Positions 51,300-64,000 of a stretch of 64,000 nt of DNA are shown piece by piece. The stretch is from Raillietiella orientalis (Eukaryota), in NCBI GenBank assembly GCA_036172245.1, contig JAYWIR010000013.1, positions 372,001 through 436,000 on the forward strand, in the 5' to 3' direction. How positions within the stretch are numbered: position 1 is the first letter of the stretch; each line of letters begins with the position of its first letter. A model generated the notes under the pieces. The model was not told where the DNA came from. It searched no databases and was given only the letters and a program-made list of their open reading frames with translations. The position numbers were made by a program, and so were the translations under genes.

Positions 51300-51900
51300 G
51301 GGAGTGTGGATGCCAATTGTGAAGAGTGCGGGAAAGGGAGACCCTCCCCCACCTACTTATCGAGTATGTCGCCCTCCGGTCCATGTGGGATCGACTCTCG
51401 TCGATTGTGAACATTCCGGTGGGCGACACAACAGACATTTTCCGTCGCCTCCTGATGAGGAACGCCCTGCCAGCAGCCGCGTGCGTTGCAGTTCTCTGCT
51501 GCATAAGCGGAATACTCCAAAAGTGGAAGGCATCGAGGAGAGGACATAGAAGCCGGAACGCCATTCCTTGGGCAAGCCTCTCCATGGAGATGCCACCCGG
51601 ATACGCCGAGACGTTTATTCAAACTGTCCTTAAGGTCATTACAAATACGTGGTACAAGGCCCCACTAACAGCCAACATTTTGCAGGATATTCGTGAGGAA
51701 GATCCTCTCCATGGAGAAGGCATGCCGATGGCGCCGGTTAAGGGCAATTCAACCGGCACTTGCCCGCATCCGAAACCGGATTCAGAGGACTCCTCCCGGC
51801 GACCAGTGATCCCATCCCATCCCTCCCCACCCCATAAAACTTTTTCCCCCTGGCGTTTTTTTTTTTTTTTTTTCGTTTTCCCGTCCGTTTCGCCCATGGA
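51300..51900 (+). mobile_element. Tx1/L1-clade 3' fragment (copy H), interrupted by a 113-bp insertion
   Basis: VDANCEECG/ETLPHLLIE..VAVLCCISGI; CAGTGATCCC motif near 51805 followed by a T-rich UTR. Confidence 0.8.
51591..51703 (-). mobile_element. 113-bp extreme 3' tip of the same family, inserted antisense into copy H, with 14-bp TSD
   Basis: TSD CCTCTCCATGGAGA at 51577-51590 and 51704-51717. Insert ends AATAAACGTCTCGGCGTATCCGGGTGGCA. Confidence 0.88.
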
Positions 51901-52799
51901 GAGTATGTGTTCTGGAAGAAGCAATGCCCAAAAGACTGAATTTTAATATAACAAATTATGTACATTCGTAGGCGGCCGCCTGGATCGGCGGGAAGGCGCC
52001 ACTCCGCGGGCGCCGCTGGTGCAGCTGGCGCGCGTTCCCTTCGTCTTCTGGGACACCCCCAAACAGGCCCCGCGTCTTTAGGTCGCGTTGTACCCGCTCG
52101 CGCTTCGAGGAGGGAGGGGGAGCACCTTCCACCCCCTGTGGGTACTTCCCAATGAGCTGCAGGGCTCGCAGCCGGGTCACCGAAGGGTTCTCCCTGAGCC
52201 ACAGCGCGTGAGCGGCGTTGGCGGTGCAGGCCGACAGGAGAGCTCCCGTTCATACCTCCTCTGGCCTCAACCAGCTGCGGGGGGCAACCTCCTGGGGTGC
52301 CGGAGAGCCAGCAGGCAGTGCTACCCTCCTGCCCGGAGGCGCAAACAAAGGGGGTGTAGCCGCTCATCGGTAGGCAACGTTTTTAGGAGCGCCACGTGAC
52401 CGCCGCAGAGCGCCCCCGCTGATCAACGCCGCAGCAATACCCCCCCTTTCCCCCCACACGGACCATGCACCAACTGGGCTCTCACATCTCCGGCAGCGCC
52501 TGACCGCCTCCGGACAGGAGGTTGCGGTGCCTGGTCAGCTGGCAAGAAACCGTGAGGTGGTCGACCGCCTGCGTTCCCTGCACGGTTGACTGCATTCCCC
52601 GTGAAACGAAGAGGCGAAGGGGGGACGCCAGCGAGCGTCTCCCAGGGGCGACCCCCCACATCCAGTCAGCAGGAGGCGGGTCTCCCTTGGCGAGCCACCC
52701 TACTGGAGAGCAGCGAGTATCGGCGCCCCTCCCGCGCAGGCGCAGGCGAGGGCGGGGTCAGGACTGCGCTGCCCGGCCCGCCCTATCGCGTCGCCGTTT

Positions 52800-53715
52800 A
52801 ACATTCGGGTGCGCCGGGGTGCTTATTGTAACAATAAACAAACATGTGTAGGACCATCGACCCTAAAACGTCCGAAAGAGTTCGGAACTTGCCGAGTGAC
52901 CGGCACTCAGGCCGGCGATGTTAGACTCGGCAGCGGAGGAGGGGAGGACAAACAAAAAGAAAAATAAATGAAAATGCTATTTACAAAAATAGTGAGGGCT
53001 GGGAAAGGATCACATTCCACTGCAGGCCGTCCTCTACATCCTTTCCAGGATGCCAGCAAGTTCCATCTGCGTATGTGCCAAATGGGGTCATCTGGCTGCC
53101 GTCCTAAGGAAGCCCAGGGCGAAGCAGATGGCGTCCTTATCGTGTTGTCCTCTTGTTCCGTAGCTTCAGGATGCCACAATCCCACGTAGGCAGCAAAGGG
53201 CTGCTAGGGCTGCAGCAGGCGAAAGGGCATCGTGCACAAAGAGGCGCTTGAACACGCCTCTGGGAGAGTTCACTGGTGTTCCTAGGGCCGTTGCGAAACG
53301 CAACCACAGGGGTCGGAGGTCAACAAGCAGGCGGGGGAGCTGATTCCTGTTCCCCACACCTGACATAGTTCGAGTCCACAGCCCCCAGATCCAGTGAGAT
53401 CGACGGGCGTTGTGGGGGACTCTCCAGTGCAACACCAGGAATGACAACTCCTACCACTTCAGGGGGAGGATCCGGTTCTACAGAGCTGGGGGCCACTAGA
53501 ATTCTTTTGGCGGGATTCTCAGCAGCTCGCCCCAGCGCAACAGTCCCTTCGGTGGGGCACTTGGTGTCGCAGCGTCAGTTAGCTGGCCACCTAACTTCTT
53601 CATCCGGAGACCAATTGTGCAACGGATCTCCTATTTGGCCTGCTGACTACTGCCCGGGTATTCCCTGAGAAAGGGCAGTGCCTCGGCTAGGGAGGTTCTT
53701 TGCTCCCACGCACAC
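52800..53715 (-). mobile_element. Tx1/L1-clade 3' fragment (copy K)
   Basis: LVLHWRVPHNARRSHW, LFVHDALSPAAALAALCCLRGIVA; structured 3' UTR at 52800-52935. Confidence 0.82.
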
Positions 53716-53734
53716 GTAGTGGACTACACGATAA

Positions 53735-55165
53735 CGTCCTGCAAGGAGCTGCCCTTTGGGGCAACGGGAGGCCCCGAGTCCGCTTGAAGGACTTGTGCGC
53801 TCCGCGTCGGCACGGTGGTCTCGGCTTCCTGACGCTGGAGCGGCTGGAGCTTCGGCTCCAGTTCCGAATGATGGCCGTTGTGCCGGAGTTGTGGTGCACC
53901 GACTGATGCATCCCTGCACGCCTCCTCGTCATACAAACCATCGGCAAGACGGGACTCGCGTCTTTTCTTGCACTCCATCGCTCCCGCATCAACCGACTGT
54001 TGCGGACTCCAGCTACGGTGGGTGGCTACTTTGATTTGGAAAAATCAAGGATTGATCACCTGTCGCCCGCGAACGGTAGTGCCTGGTTGCAGGAAACCGT
54101 TCGCACGTGGGCACAGAGCGGCATACAACCCGCCGAACAGGAACGATGGTTCCTTTTCGGGCGCTACAGAAGCTGCAAGCTCCGAGAGATCCTGGAGGAT
54201 CCGAAGAAGAGAGCGTGGGCAGGAAGAACCCCCCTCACTGCTGCGCGTTGTATGCCGCACTGGCCTTCCTAGCGGAAGATCAGGACATCGATGTTGCGGC
54301 AAAGTGGGAAGTTAACATAAAGATCTCCGGAAGGGAGAAGACGATGGGAACGTGGAAGACGGGCCAGCTAACTGACGCTGCGACCCCGAGTACACCTCCT
54401 CATGGACTTCTGCGCTGGGGCGCGCTGCTCGATGTTCCGGTGGAACATCTGAAGTGGCCCCCAGTGCTAATGAACACCTCCACCCTCCCCTTAAAATGGC
54501 AGGAGTCGGCACTACTGTTGCTGCACTGGGGACTCCCGTGCAACGCCCGCCGACATCATTGGACCTGGGGAGCGGTGAACCCCAACTGTGTTAGGTGTGG
54601 GGAACGGGAGTCCCTCCCCCACCTCCTTTTGGATTGTGTTGCCTTTCGGCCCCTTTGGCTCCTCTTCGCCGCGGCCATCGGAATCCCCTGCGGCAACCCC
54701 AAGGACGCTTTGAAAGCCCTCTTCGTGTCCGACGCCCTCCAGTCTGCGGCCTCGTTAGCAGCCCTGTACTGCCTTCGCGGGATCGTCGCCGCTTGGAGCA
54801 AGGCTACGGGAGGACCTCGCGATAAGGGTACCATCCAGCACGCCGCCCAATTCCTGGAGAGAGCGACGCGATCCATCAATACGAAGGGAGCTTGCCGGCA
54901 TCCTTGAGGTCATCCACGAAGGATGCAACGGCCCCAGCAGCAGTGATCCCTTCCCTCACCCTCCCACGTTTTCTTTTGTTTTTGTTTTGTTTTTTCTTTG
55001 TCCCCCCTTCCCCCTGCTGCTGCCGTGGTGGGCCGAACTGGTCTGCGAACTGATGACCCGGCAGGCTCTGTGTTGTTTCTTTGGGTGTGGCTGGATCACT
55101 GGTCCGGCCACAGCACTTGTAAAAAGTCTATTTTTCAATAAACGCACCGGCGACCCGGGTGAAAA
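53735..55165 (+). mobile_element. Tx1/L1-clade 3' half (copy I)
   Basis: ALWGNGRPRVRLKDLCAPRRHGGLG, CVRCGERESLPHLLLDC; family 3' terminus at 55016-55165. Confidence 0.9.
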
Positions 55166-57400
55166 TCGAATGCTTTGCGCGTCGACTTCGACCGCGAGGG
55201 CCCCCACGCGCTCCCGGCCATCCCACAAACCACCAGCGGACATCCCGGAAATCGGGGTGCCGACCGTGTTCCCTTCGTTCGCTCTTCTCCGCTGGAACTC
55301 GAACCAGGTGTTCGCGAAGAGCAGGTTGGAGTCCATGCTCCGCCTGGGAACAGCGTAAGTCTGCTCCGGGCTGATGAAGCTTTCCGCCATCCACCCTAGT
55401 CGCTCCGACCGAAGTTTCGACAGCAGCTTGGCGTCCGGATTCAACACGGTGATCAGACCCCAGTTGCTGAGGTTCCTTAGGTATCCTCCCTTCGGGAGGA
55501 GACGCATACGTGCCGATCGGAAGGAGGCGGGAACGTCGCCTGTCTCCCTAATCAGCAGCGTTGAGCGCTGCGCCAAGGGGGTCAGCTCCGCCGCGAAGCA
55601 TTGAAAGAACTCTGCGGGCAGGCCATCCTCCCCTCGTGCCTTTCGCCTTCTGAGCTTACTGATTGCGGTGACGATTGCACCCATCGTGAAAGGCTCGTCG
55701 AGGCGAGCTCTCTCCTCCTCACCGATCGCTTGGGAGCCATCCGGAAGCAAAAGCCAATAGAATTCTTGGACCCTTGGAGTACAGGGAGGAATAATATCCG
55801 CACACTAGGCTACCTCTGCTGGGGCCGAGTGCTCCTGGCCTTCGTCGTCGAGCAGGCTGGCCGACCCGGATTGCCAGGCTTGCCGCTCGGCCCCGGCTTT
55901 AAACTGCCAATGGGCGGACATCGGGTGTTCGTGTGTAGCGTCGGGTCTGCAAGTAGACTCCTTGGGCGATCACGTTCACAACTGGGACCCAGACCTGGAC
56001 AGACCAACCGTGGCAGGGGAGAGGCGTCCCCAGCCAGCGAGGGTGGATGGGGTCTCCCGCCGAAACCTGAAGATCCCGGCGGGTGCCTCCGTCTTCAGCG
56101 GGCTGCCTCACCTCGCTGGTACGCTGGGTCCTCTCCTCCCGGAATGAGGGGAGCCACCACGCCCCGGCTGCAGCAGAAGCGCATCCCAGAGCTCCCACGC
56201 TGCCCCGCAGGGCTTGCCCGGGGGCGCGTTCGCTCCCCCAGGGTCATCTCGTCGGCGGGGTTCTCTTCCTTCTGCGACCGCCAAACTGCAGGAAGGGAGG
56301 CTTAATGTCCCAGTCTGGGTAGCAGGGCGCAAGAGAATGCGTGCGGCGGCAGTCTGACCCGAAACCGGCGAGGTCCGCTCCCTCCCGTCCATGACCTGCC
56401 CGACGCAGGCCCTCGGGGGTCAAGAGAAATGCCGAGATTCTGACCAGCCCTATTCGTTCATCGTCCCTCCCCTTCGCACCCTCCGCCCCTTCCTAGTTAT
56501 GTCCCCCAGGAGGAGTTCAGCCCCTATGAGTAGGGGCCGGCACAGGTCGCTAACTATTTCTTCATCGATTGGTTTCTTTCTAATGGGTGGGCCGGCTTCC
56601 AGGGATGAGGAAGGTCCCATAGGTCGGTGCTTCCCTGACGGCCCTCGTAGCTGGGTCTGGGACGCCGTTGCCTAGGAGCTCGCACTTCCGCATGGGCCCA
56701 GGAACTGTCCGGTTGCCGTCTCTGCAGGGACTTTCGGAGGAAACCTCCCTCGTGGGCTGGGATCCGGGGGGTGCCCGAGACCAGCCTCGGAACCCTGCTG
56801 GTCAGGTCAATGGCGCCAACCGACCCTGCCAAGCGAAGCGCCCGACGTAGAAGGCGGGGAGGCGCAACGAAAGCGGCGCGGACGCCCCTCGTGGGGTTCC
56901 CAGGAGGCGCTCTGTAGAGAAGCAGAGCCTGCGAGTCAAGCGCGCCACCTGTTCCTCCGTTCCCCTGGGGCGCGGAGCCAAGGGGCGACCGTTCCAAGAG
57001 ACGCCCGGGCCGTGCGTTGGGGTCTCCGAATGAACCCACGGCACCTCCGCGGAGCAGCAAGCTGCTTCTCCTTGGTCTTCAGTTGACAACCAGGATTGCC
57101 GCCCCGTGAGCCACTTGTCCTCGAGCAGCTGCAACGTGCAGAGCCAGCGCTCCCTCCCGGGGACAATCGGGAATCGGGGAACAGGAGTCGTCAGGGTACA
57201 CGCATCGCCAATCGGGCACGAAAGCCGCGCGGATTTTGAAACCGCCTCTTCCTCCGGGCTTCTTCCGCCTTTCCCCCAAACATGACTCTCGCCCGGAGGA
57301 GCAACGTGGACTTCCCACAGGGTCCACCGGGTTTGCTTTGGAGCGCTCCAGATTTGACCAAGCGCCTTCATGCGAGGGGAGTGGCCCAGTTCCTTCACAC
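55166..57400 (-). mobile_element. Tx1/L1-clade fragment (copy J): ORF1-like/endonuclease-linker region to the start of RT, truncated at the KAFD motif
   Basis: LDEPFTMGAIVTAISKL..GEDGLPAEFF..LLPKGG..NWGLITVLNPDAKLLSK..FISPEQT; right boundary approximate. Confidence 0.82.
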
Positions 57401-59094
57401 AGCCTTCTCAACGTTGAAAAAAACGTAAGCTGTGACTGCCCGTGGCCTCTTTCCTCCACAAAAGTGTCTGATGCGCCAAGTGCACGTCATCTGCTTACTG
57501 GCATCGAATGCTCTTCCTACACAGTAATGACGGTTGTTTGGTAGGTGCGAGCTCTCATACAGAATAAATCTTTACAATAAAGAAGAAATCTTTTCGGTAC
57601 CGACCTCATCCTACACTTTCCCATGCCTCGAACAAAAGGAATGCCGAGGAATGGCGCCTGTTGTTCAGAGACAGATGCCGAAATCTTATTCGCTGCGTCT
57701 CCTTTTTGATTTTACGCAGAAATGAGAGAAACTCCTCCTCTGCCCCCGATTTCTCCGAATGTCCTTTTGTCCTGACTTGCCATTGTCACATCGGTTTCCC
57801 GCTGTACACGGATAAGCGGCAGAGCTACTGCAACGGCAGTGAGGGGGAGGGGGGGGGGGAATCCATAAAAAAATTCTTCATGCACTCACGGCGGTTACTT
57901 CCCAACTCTTGCTAAACACCTTTGCTCCCGAAGTCATAAAGGGTTCTTCAAACTATGCACAATTTGGGGATTCCTTTCAAAGCTGCGAAATGAAATGTGC
58001 TTCCGCCCCAATACAAGGAACACACACATACATTTCCTCTGAGGGTGCAGCGCACCAGTTTCCGCTTCTCAGAAGAGAGCGGCGGCACGATGGCTCTCAT
58101 AAGCAGCACACAATAAAGCAAAAGCGTGGCGCTTCCTTCCTATCATTTACATCGTTCGCGCTACGGTACTATAGCGAGCAGCTCAGGAAGCATCCCTTCT
58201 GCCGCGGTGCTCCTTCTGAAGATCCAACGTGGCGTGTGGCGAGAAGCAAAAGGCTGCGGCCACAATGGCCACTCCCGAGTTCGGTGGAACCCCCCCTGGA
58301 TTTCCTTCGCAAGCCCTTACCCCAGTCATCAGCATGCAAAGGTTGCCACGAGTTTTCCATTTCTGCGGCATTTCTCTGAAACCGACACTTTAAAATGGCT
58401 GATGAAAAGAACGGCTGGACCATTCAGCCCTTTTAAAAATGCGTCCAACGCGGTGTTGTAGGGACCAGAATTCATGGATTCATCGACGATGCCTCCAACG
58501 CGGGGGGCACAACACGCGATTCCATGAATACGGCAAACTTTAATAAAACAACAGAACCACTGTTACATGTATATTTTTCTAGTTAATAGTAAGTCACAAT
58601 ACATTGATTCTAATTCATCGGGATGAAGATGATATAAAGTATAACTATTGCACAATCCTGTATGCTTTGGAAATACACATTCAAATATAGTGGAATGTGA
58701 AAATTAGGATTAGTTTAACCAAAACTTGAAATGCAGATTTCCCTGACTACAGCAGCCGATTACTTTGTTCATGAAAACTGAACAAATAAGGCTAACTCTA
58801 AATTGAGCTTACATGTGAAAACATACTTCTAAACATCACTTATTATCCAGCATCATTCTTTGCAAACAACACTGAATACAAATGATAGAAACTGTTGCTT
58901 ACATAGGGACAATCATCAGGCCAATCTATCCTAGATTGTTCTTTTTTCTACAACAATTGTCCTGAATGGTATGAAACACTCATATGGTTATAAATTTTTA
59001 TGACTAGATTATTAATGCATATCACATTGTCCAATGAGCATTTGATAAGTACTGGGAATCTAAAGGCATCCAATTCAAAATATTGAAATTGAGA

Positions 59095-62000
59095 TCAAAA
59101 GGTATCCATATTGGAACCATCAGTATGAACACTGACTGCAGTGGCTGCCATTCCACGAGCCATGCTTGGTTCTGTGTTACGTCTCTTCACAGATTTGTTC
59201 TTCATCTTTTTCAACATGGTGGCCTGGAAAACATCGTTTACCGGGCACACACCAAATGAAACTTTACTTTCAAAGCCGACTTTAAGACAACAACGTCTCC
59301 CACAGGCTGGATCCAAGGTTCACCATCCACTTGAATGGGAAGTTCTGATAACAGCTTAATTTTGATGTGACCACCCTATAACAGGCAGGCACACTGAATG
59401 AGGAACCAGAAACGATGCAGGGCATACCTGAGCAATGCGCATTGCAGAGCGTAATCCTGACTGTATTTGTCCTAGATGTACTACTCCAGTAACACCAACT
59501 ATTTCCAGCATTCCATCCCAGTGATTAGGCTTGTTAAAGTTGTCTTCCTTTTCAGGTCCCCAAGGATTGGCCCCAGACCCCCAGCTCAGAATATTCAGTA
59601 TTATGATTCCTTCAAGCTGAGGCAACTCAACCATTTTGCCATCAACTTCCAAACGAATAATTTTATGCAAGTCCTTGCATAACTTACGTCCAACCATTTT
59701 TCTCAAACCCATTTTCACATACACACTTTTATTGTGCAGTCTGAAATGGAGATTCAACAAACATTTTTGCACATCATCTTGTCAACCTGCTGTTGAATTT
59801 GTTGGGATTTTCTTCTCTTGCGTTATGGAAATCTAAACACAGATCAGCATCTATGCCAATCCCGAAGTAATTGTTCATAACGAAAATCTGTGTGTTGTCT
59901 TCATTGCTTTTACCTACACGTTGACAAGACATCCTATTAAAATACGAAAAATGGACGCTCACCTTGTTGCAGCATTATGTTATTTGGTAAAGAACGCTCT
60001 TCCACTTTTTCATCAGTATGGAAAACAACAGTCCAACGATCAAGCCGTATTTCCTCTGCATCAATCACATCTTGCAATAACGATAGCGGATCCTCTCCTC
60101 CTGTGTAACCAGTGCCCCAATTAAGGACTCTGGCTAAATCATTGCCTACAATCACAGATGCATTTAACGTACAGAATAGGGGAAAAAAGGAGCTGTTAAC
60201 CTGTTCCTAGAGGAACAATTGCGCAAGGAGGAGAAGAACATTCTGAATCTTGCCCCACATTATCCAAGCATTGAAGAACCCAGCCAATAGTCCCATCACC
60301 TCCACAGACCAAAATACGATAGTCTTTGATGTGTCGAAATACATAGAGACTAAAGTAATTGAAATGAAAAGAATAAGATAGCAGTCAAATTCAAAGACTT
60401 ACCCTGGAAGTGGACCTCCACTTTCCAGGTCATAAACTTGATGTGGATTGAGAAGTTTTCTAAAGCTACTAATTAATTCCAAACCCTGACAACCACCAGA
60501 TTTAACATTAACAAATACTAGTAAAGGTCTAACAGTAGGGAGAATCATGCGTGGAATAATATTAGGCAGCATTAACACTAAAAGAAACAAAAATAGCTAC
60601 TGAGACTTGTCAGTAAAAGGTAAAAAAATTACCAATTAGCTGCTTGTCCTCAATACAACAATCAGTTAAGGTACATACTGCTTTCACAGCTTCACTTGAT
60701 TCTTCATATGTAATAACCATAGAACCATATTCATAATATATAGGCCCAATTGTTTTGAATTTATTTTCTAACAAATAATTTAACAATAAATGACAAAACC
60801 GCATTTACCTCGTCCAAGAAAATTAAGAAGAATCTGTTCGTACTGGCGCTGCGAAAGATTAGCAGGTAAGTTTCCAACAAAAAGTGCAATAGTATTGCCA
60901 TGAGGATCTTGCTTATGATGCAGATAAAATCGTGTGAAATCCATTTTTCTAATAGATTCTTTGCTTATCTGTTTTAAAAGTTCCCAAGGTTGTTCATCCA
61001 ATCCCATCAAACGTTCAACTGTGTGAAGGTAAATGCAAATATTATATATTTTTTGTGTACCCGGAGTAAAATAAATAAATAATTACTTTTCCATATTCTT
61101 TCTAAAGGACGGGGAGGAGGGAACATGCACTTTTATGATGAACTATTTCAGATAAACATGGTAAGTAACGTAATAAAAAGACGTAACGAAAAAAGTTACA
61201 ATGAGCTCCAATAAAACAATCAATTATAATGACAATGTTTACAATTTTCGAATTATAAACGCTGTAAAAGACAGCGAATTAGGAGCGAAAACATTTTCAC
61301 AACTTCTGTGCACCAATAGGACCACTGACTTTTATGAAGCAAAAAAACTCCGCGTTAATTAAATTTCCTTTTCCTCAAAATTAATTAAATATTAGCTAAA
61401 TCTTACTAAAAATAGACTCAATTCAACTTTACTTACAATCCAGATGTTACCATTCCCTAAAAACAATTCAACGTAACAGTTAAGGTAACAACCAGCATGC
61501 ACATAGCAACTGCCTTTAAAATCCATTAAATCATTAACACCGAAATTTGAAACAATCATAAGAAACGAATTCATACGACTTCATTTCTGTTCATTTTAAA
61601 ATAACTTGGAATTCATTTCATGATGCTGCAATAAGACAATGACAGTTGTACCTCCTTTATCAAGTGAAACTTCATACAACTGATAATTGGAAGACTGTTC
61701 CCCTTCAAGCCCAAATTTAACAAATGCAGCATCAATCATAGCTGCAACTGTAGTCTCAGAGGAAACAGGAATTGAACATGGACTGTCTATCAGATTAAGT
61801 TTTCCAGGATACACATCGATGAAACCACTATCATTGCCTTCATCTCTAAATAAGAACCAGAAACACATCCAGACACATCAATCTACACTCACTTAAATCT
61901 CAAGAAAACTGCTGGTCGTTTGCCATCCTGCCGAGAAAGTTTTTGTACTGGGTCTGGGTCAGAAATAACGACTTCATCTTCAGTGTAGGCATCAGAAAGG

Positions 62001-63013
62001 TAAAATTTACTAAGATCTCTTTTAATATGAAACACTTTGAGAGCAGCAACTAATAGCATTTGATAAGAGGCACTTTTAGATACAGTGATGGTCCGGAAAA
62101 TTCTTCTTCTCAACGAACAATTTCCATCATACACTTTAATAACCTCAACTAAAAATAAATACTTGAGTTACACGAAATGATTATTACTTTCCACCTTCAA
62201 CTCTTTCATCCTTATCTCTAGTTTTCTCTTTGAAAGTCTCTTCATCACGAAACTTTGAATCTGTACTTGTAAAGTCTTCTGATATACTACGTGCTAAAAC
62301 AGTTACAAATGAGTAATAGTGGACCGATATAACAATTGACAAACTTCAAATTATTTTTGAAGTTGCGAAATTATACCACTGATTACCTAGTTTATGCGAT
62401 ACATTATTTTTTTTTTTATTCTGCATCACCAAAATTGCTTCCATTGGGATTTCAGTTCGTGGAATGCTGACAGCTGTAGGAGGTAACATGATAGGCTCCA
62501 GAAGACCAAAATGACAAAATTCAGAAATATTTTTGTAACAGCCAGAATGAGCCTAACATGACATGAAAATTTTATACTAACATAAAAAGAAACTCACTGT
62601 GATTCCACACCATTCACATTTGTAACTGGTCAAGCATTCAAATGAGCAACATGATTTTCTGCAAAGAAAACATTTGGAATTGCTTGGAAGATTGCCTTCC
62701 TGCCAATGATGGTGATGCACAACATCTTCTAAGTTTCGCTCAGGGACATATGTTGCACACTCAAGACAATTAGGAACAGCAAATTCTTGGCATTCCACAT
62801 GTACATAATATTCACAAACTGAAATCAATTAATAAAATCAAATCTCAATTCATGCTTGCATTTATAGATCTAGATTAAGACATCAATGGTAAAAAATCTC
62901 GAGATATTACTTTCACAACGCACAGCCCACATGTCATCCAAGCGTTTTCTGCAAATGTTACAAAATTTTCTTTTGAAATGAACTTGATCTGACCAACAAT
63001 GAGCAACTGGGTT
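59095..63013 (-). CDS. DGKQ: Diacylglycerol kinase theta, multi-exon; 5' part lies beyond the last recognised exon or the window edge
   Basis: C1 domains ([31 protein letters not shown]), RA-like and RRM-like (LFVGNLP) segments. Catalytic [54 protein letters not shown]. Stop at 59095. Confidence 0.95.
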
Positions 63014-64000
63014 CTAAAATGAAAATTTCAACACTCATATAGAAAAAATATTTTGAAAATACGCTAAACTTTACATTGCAATTTCGATTTCAAATTTTCA
63101 TACAATTTCCAAACCAGTTTTAGAGAAAAATGCACTATGAAGTACTACTATAAATGCTACTGTTTCAATCACTTGAATAGAATGAATAACGCTAAACTAA
63201 ATACAAATCATGCATTGAAAAATCGAAAGTATTGTACAATTTACGATAGTTTAATTCGTTCAAGGTTGCAAAGGAAATTTGCAAAACTTGAATTTTATGA
63301 TACAGCTCTGAAAAATGAAATACACATTACATCAGTCTACAACACTAACCAAAATGCACTACTTATTTTGATTTGATCGCTAATACATACGATCAGAAGC
63401 ACTAATTCAATATTTATACTTCTATATCTTTAATATTTTTATATAATACTTTTTTTAATTTTTATTTAATGTCCACCTACATAGATAAAAAATATATCAC
63501 TTCATCAATACAATACATCAGCAGAATACAATGAGCAAATCTCTAAACAATCAAGTAGAAACTTGAAAACAAAGATTTAAAAAAAAATAAAGGTTCCACT
63601 AAAAATTTCACTTGCTTTTGGCTAAAACATGAAGCTACGGATTTACAACCTCCAACCTATTATTACAAAACTACCTTCAAGGGGTACTTAACATACAGCA
63701 AAGCAGCAAGAGCAAAAAACAACTACTATAAGAATCAGTATTAATTTATAGAATTCCCATTTATATCATTTCAAAGTCAGATTATCATATCAAACTTTGT
63801 GCCAAATACAGAACATTCTTCCTGACATATTAATTCGATATAATCTATGAAAAAATCTTCAGGATTACAATATATAAATCTGATTTTAAATAGTACATGA
63901 AAAGTGAAAACTTTTCTGGTTAAATACACGAGAAATAGTTGATTAATTGATGCATGTTTTTGATCATCATCTAAAATAGAAACACAAATAGTCGCATGGT

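Noticed and set aside
55050..55056. CTGATGA hammerhead-like core in the 3' UTR of copy I; loose twister-like look of the inner stem
   Set aside because: Not conserved in the other copies (ACCGG there), and there is no correctly placed GAAA/stem set or twister catalytic residues.

Overview
Eukaryotic, probably arthropod-like genomic DNA (U6 3' end of the Drosophila type; very short AT-rich introns). Two minus-strand host genes sit at the edges: the 5' part of an axonemal dynein heavy chain (DNAH3-like, ~1-2.9 kb) and the 3' part of diacylglycerol kinase theta (~59.1-63.0 kb). The ~55 kb between them holds parasitic and foreign DNA. This includes a hAT MITE with an 8-bp TSD and an apparently complete but decayed ~2.3-kb endogenous CRESS-DNA virus genome (cap, stem-loop ori, intron-containing rep, converging stop/polyA signals). 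It also contains unidentified degraded coding-like sequence, a U6 retrocopy, and a GC-rich block (~21-58 kb) of nested Tx1/L1-clade retrotransposon fragments. These elements end in a conserved structured 3' terminus with little or no poly(A), and both TSDs I could resolve for them are palindromic. Inside the GC-rich block is a predicted 5-exon, 263-aa secreted-protein gene with no premature stops and a duplicated signal-peptide exon. All protein-family calls come from motif recognition by eye; no searches were run.
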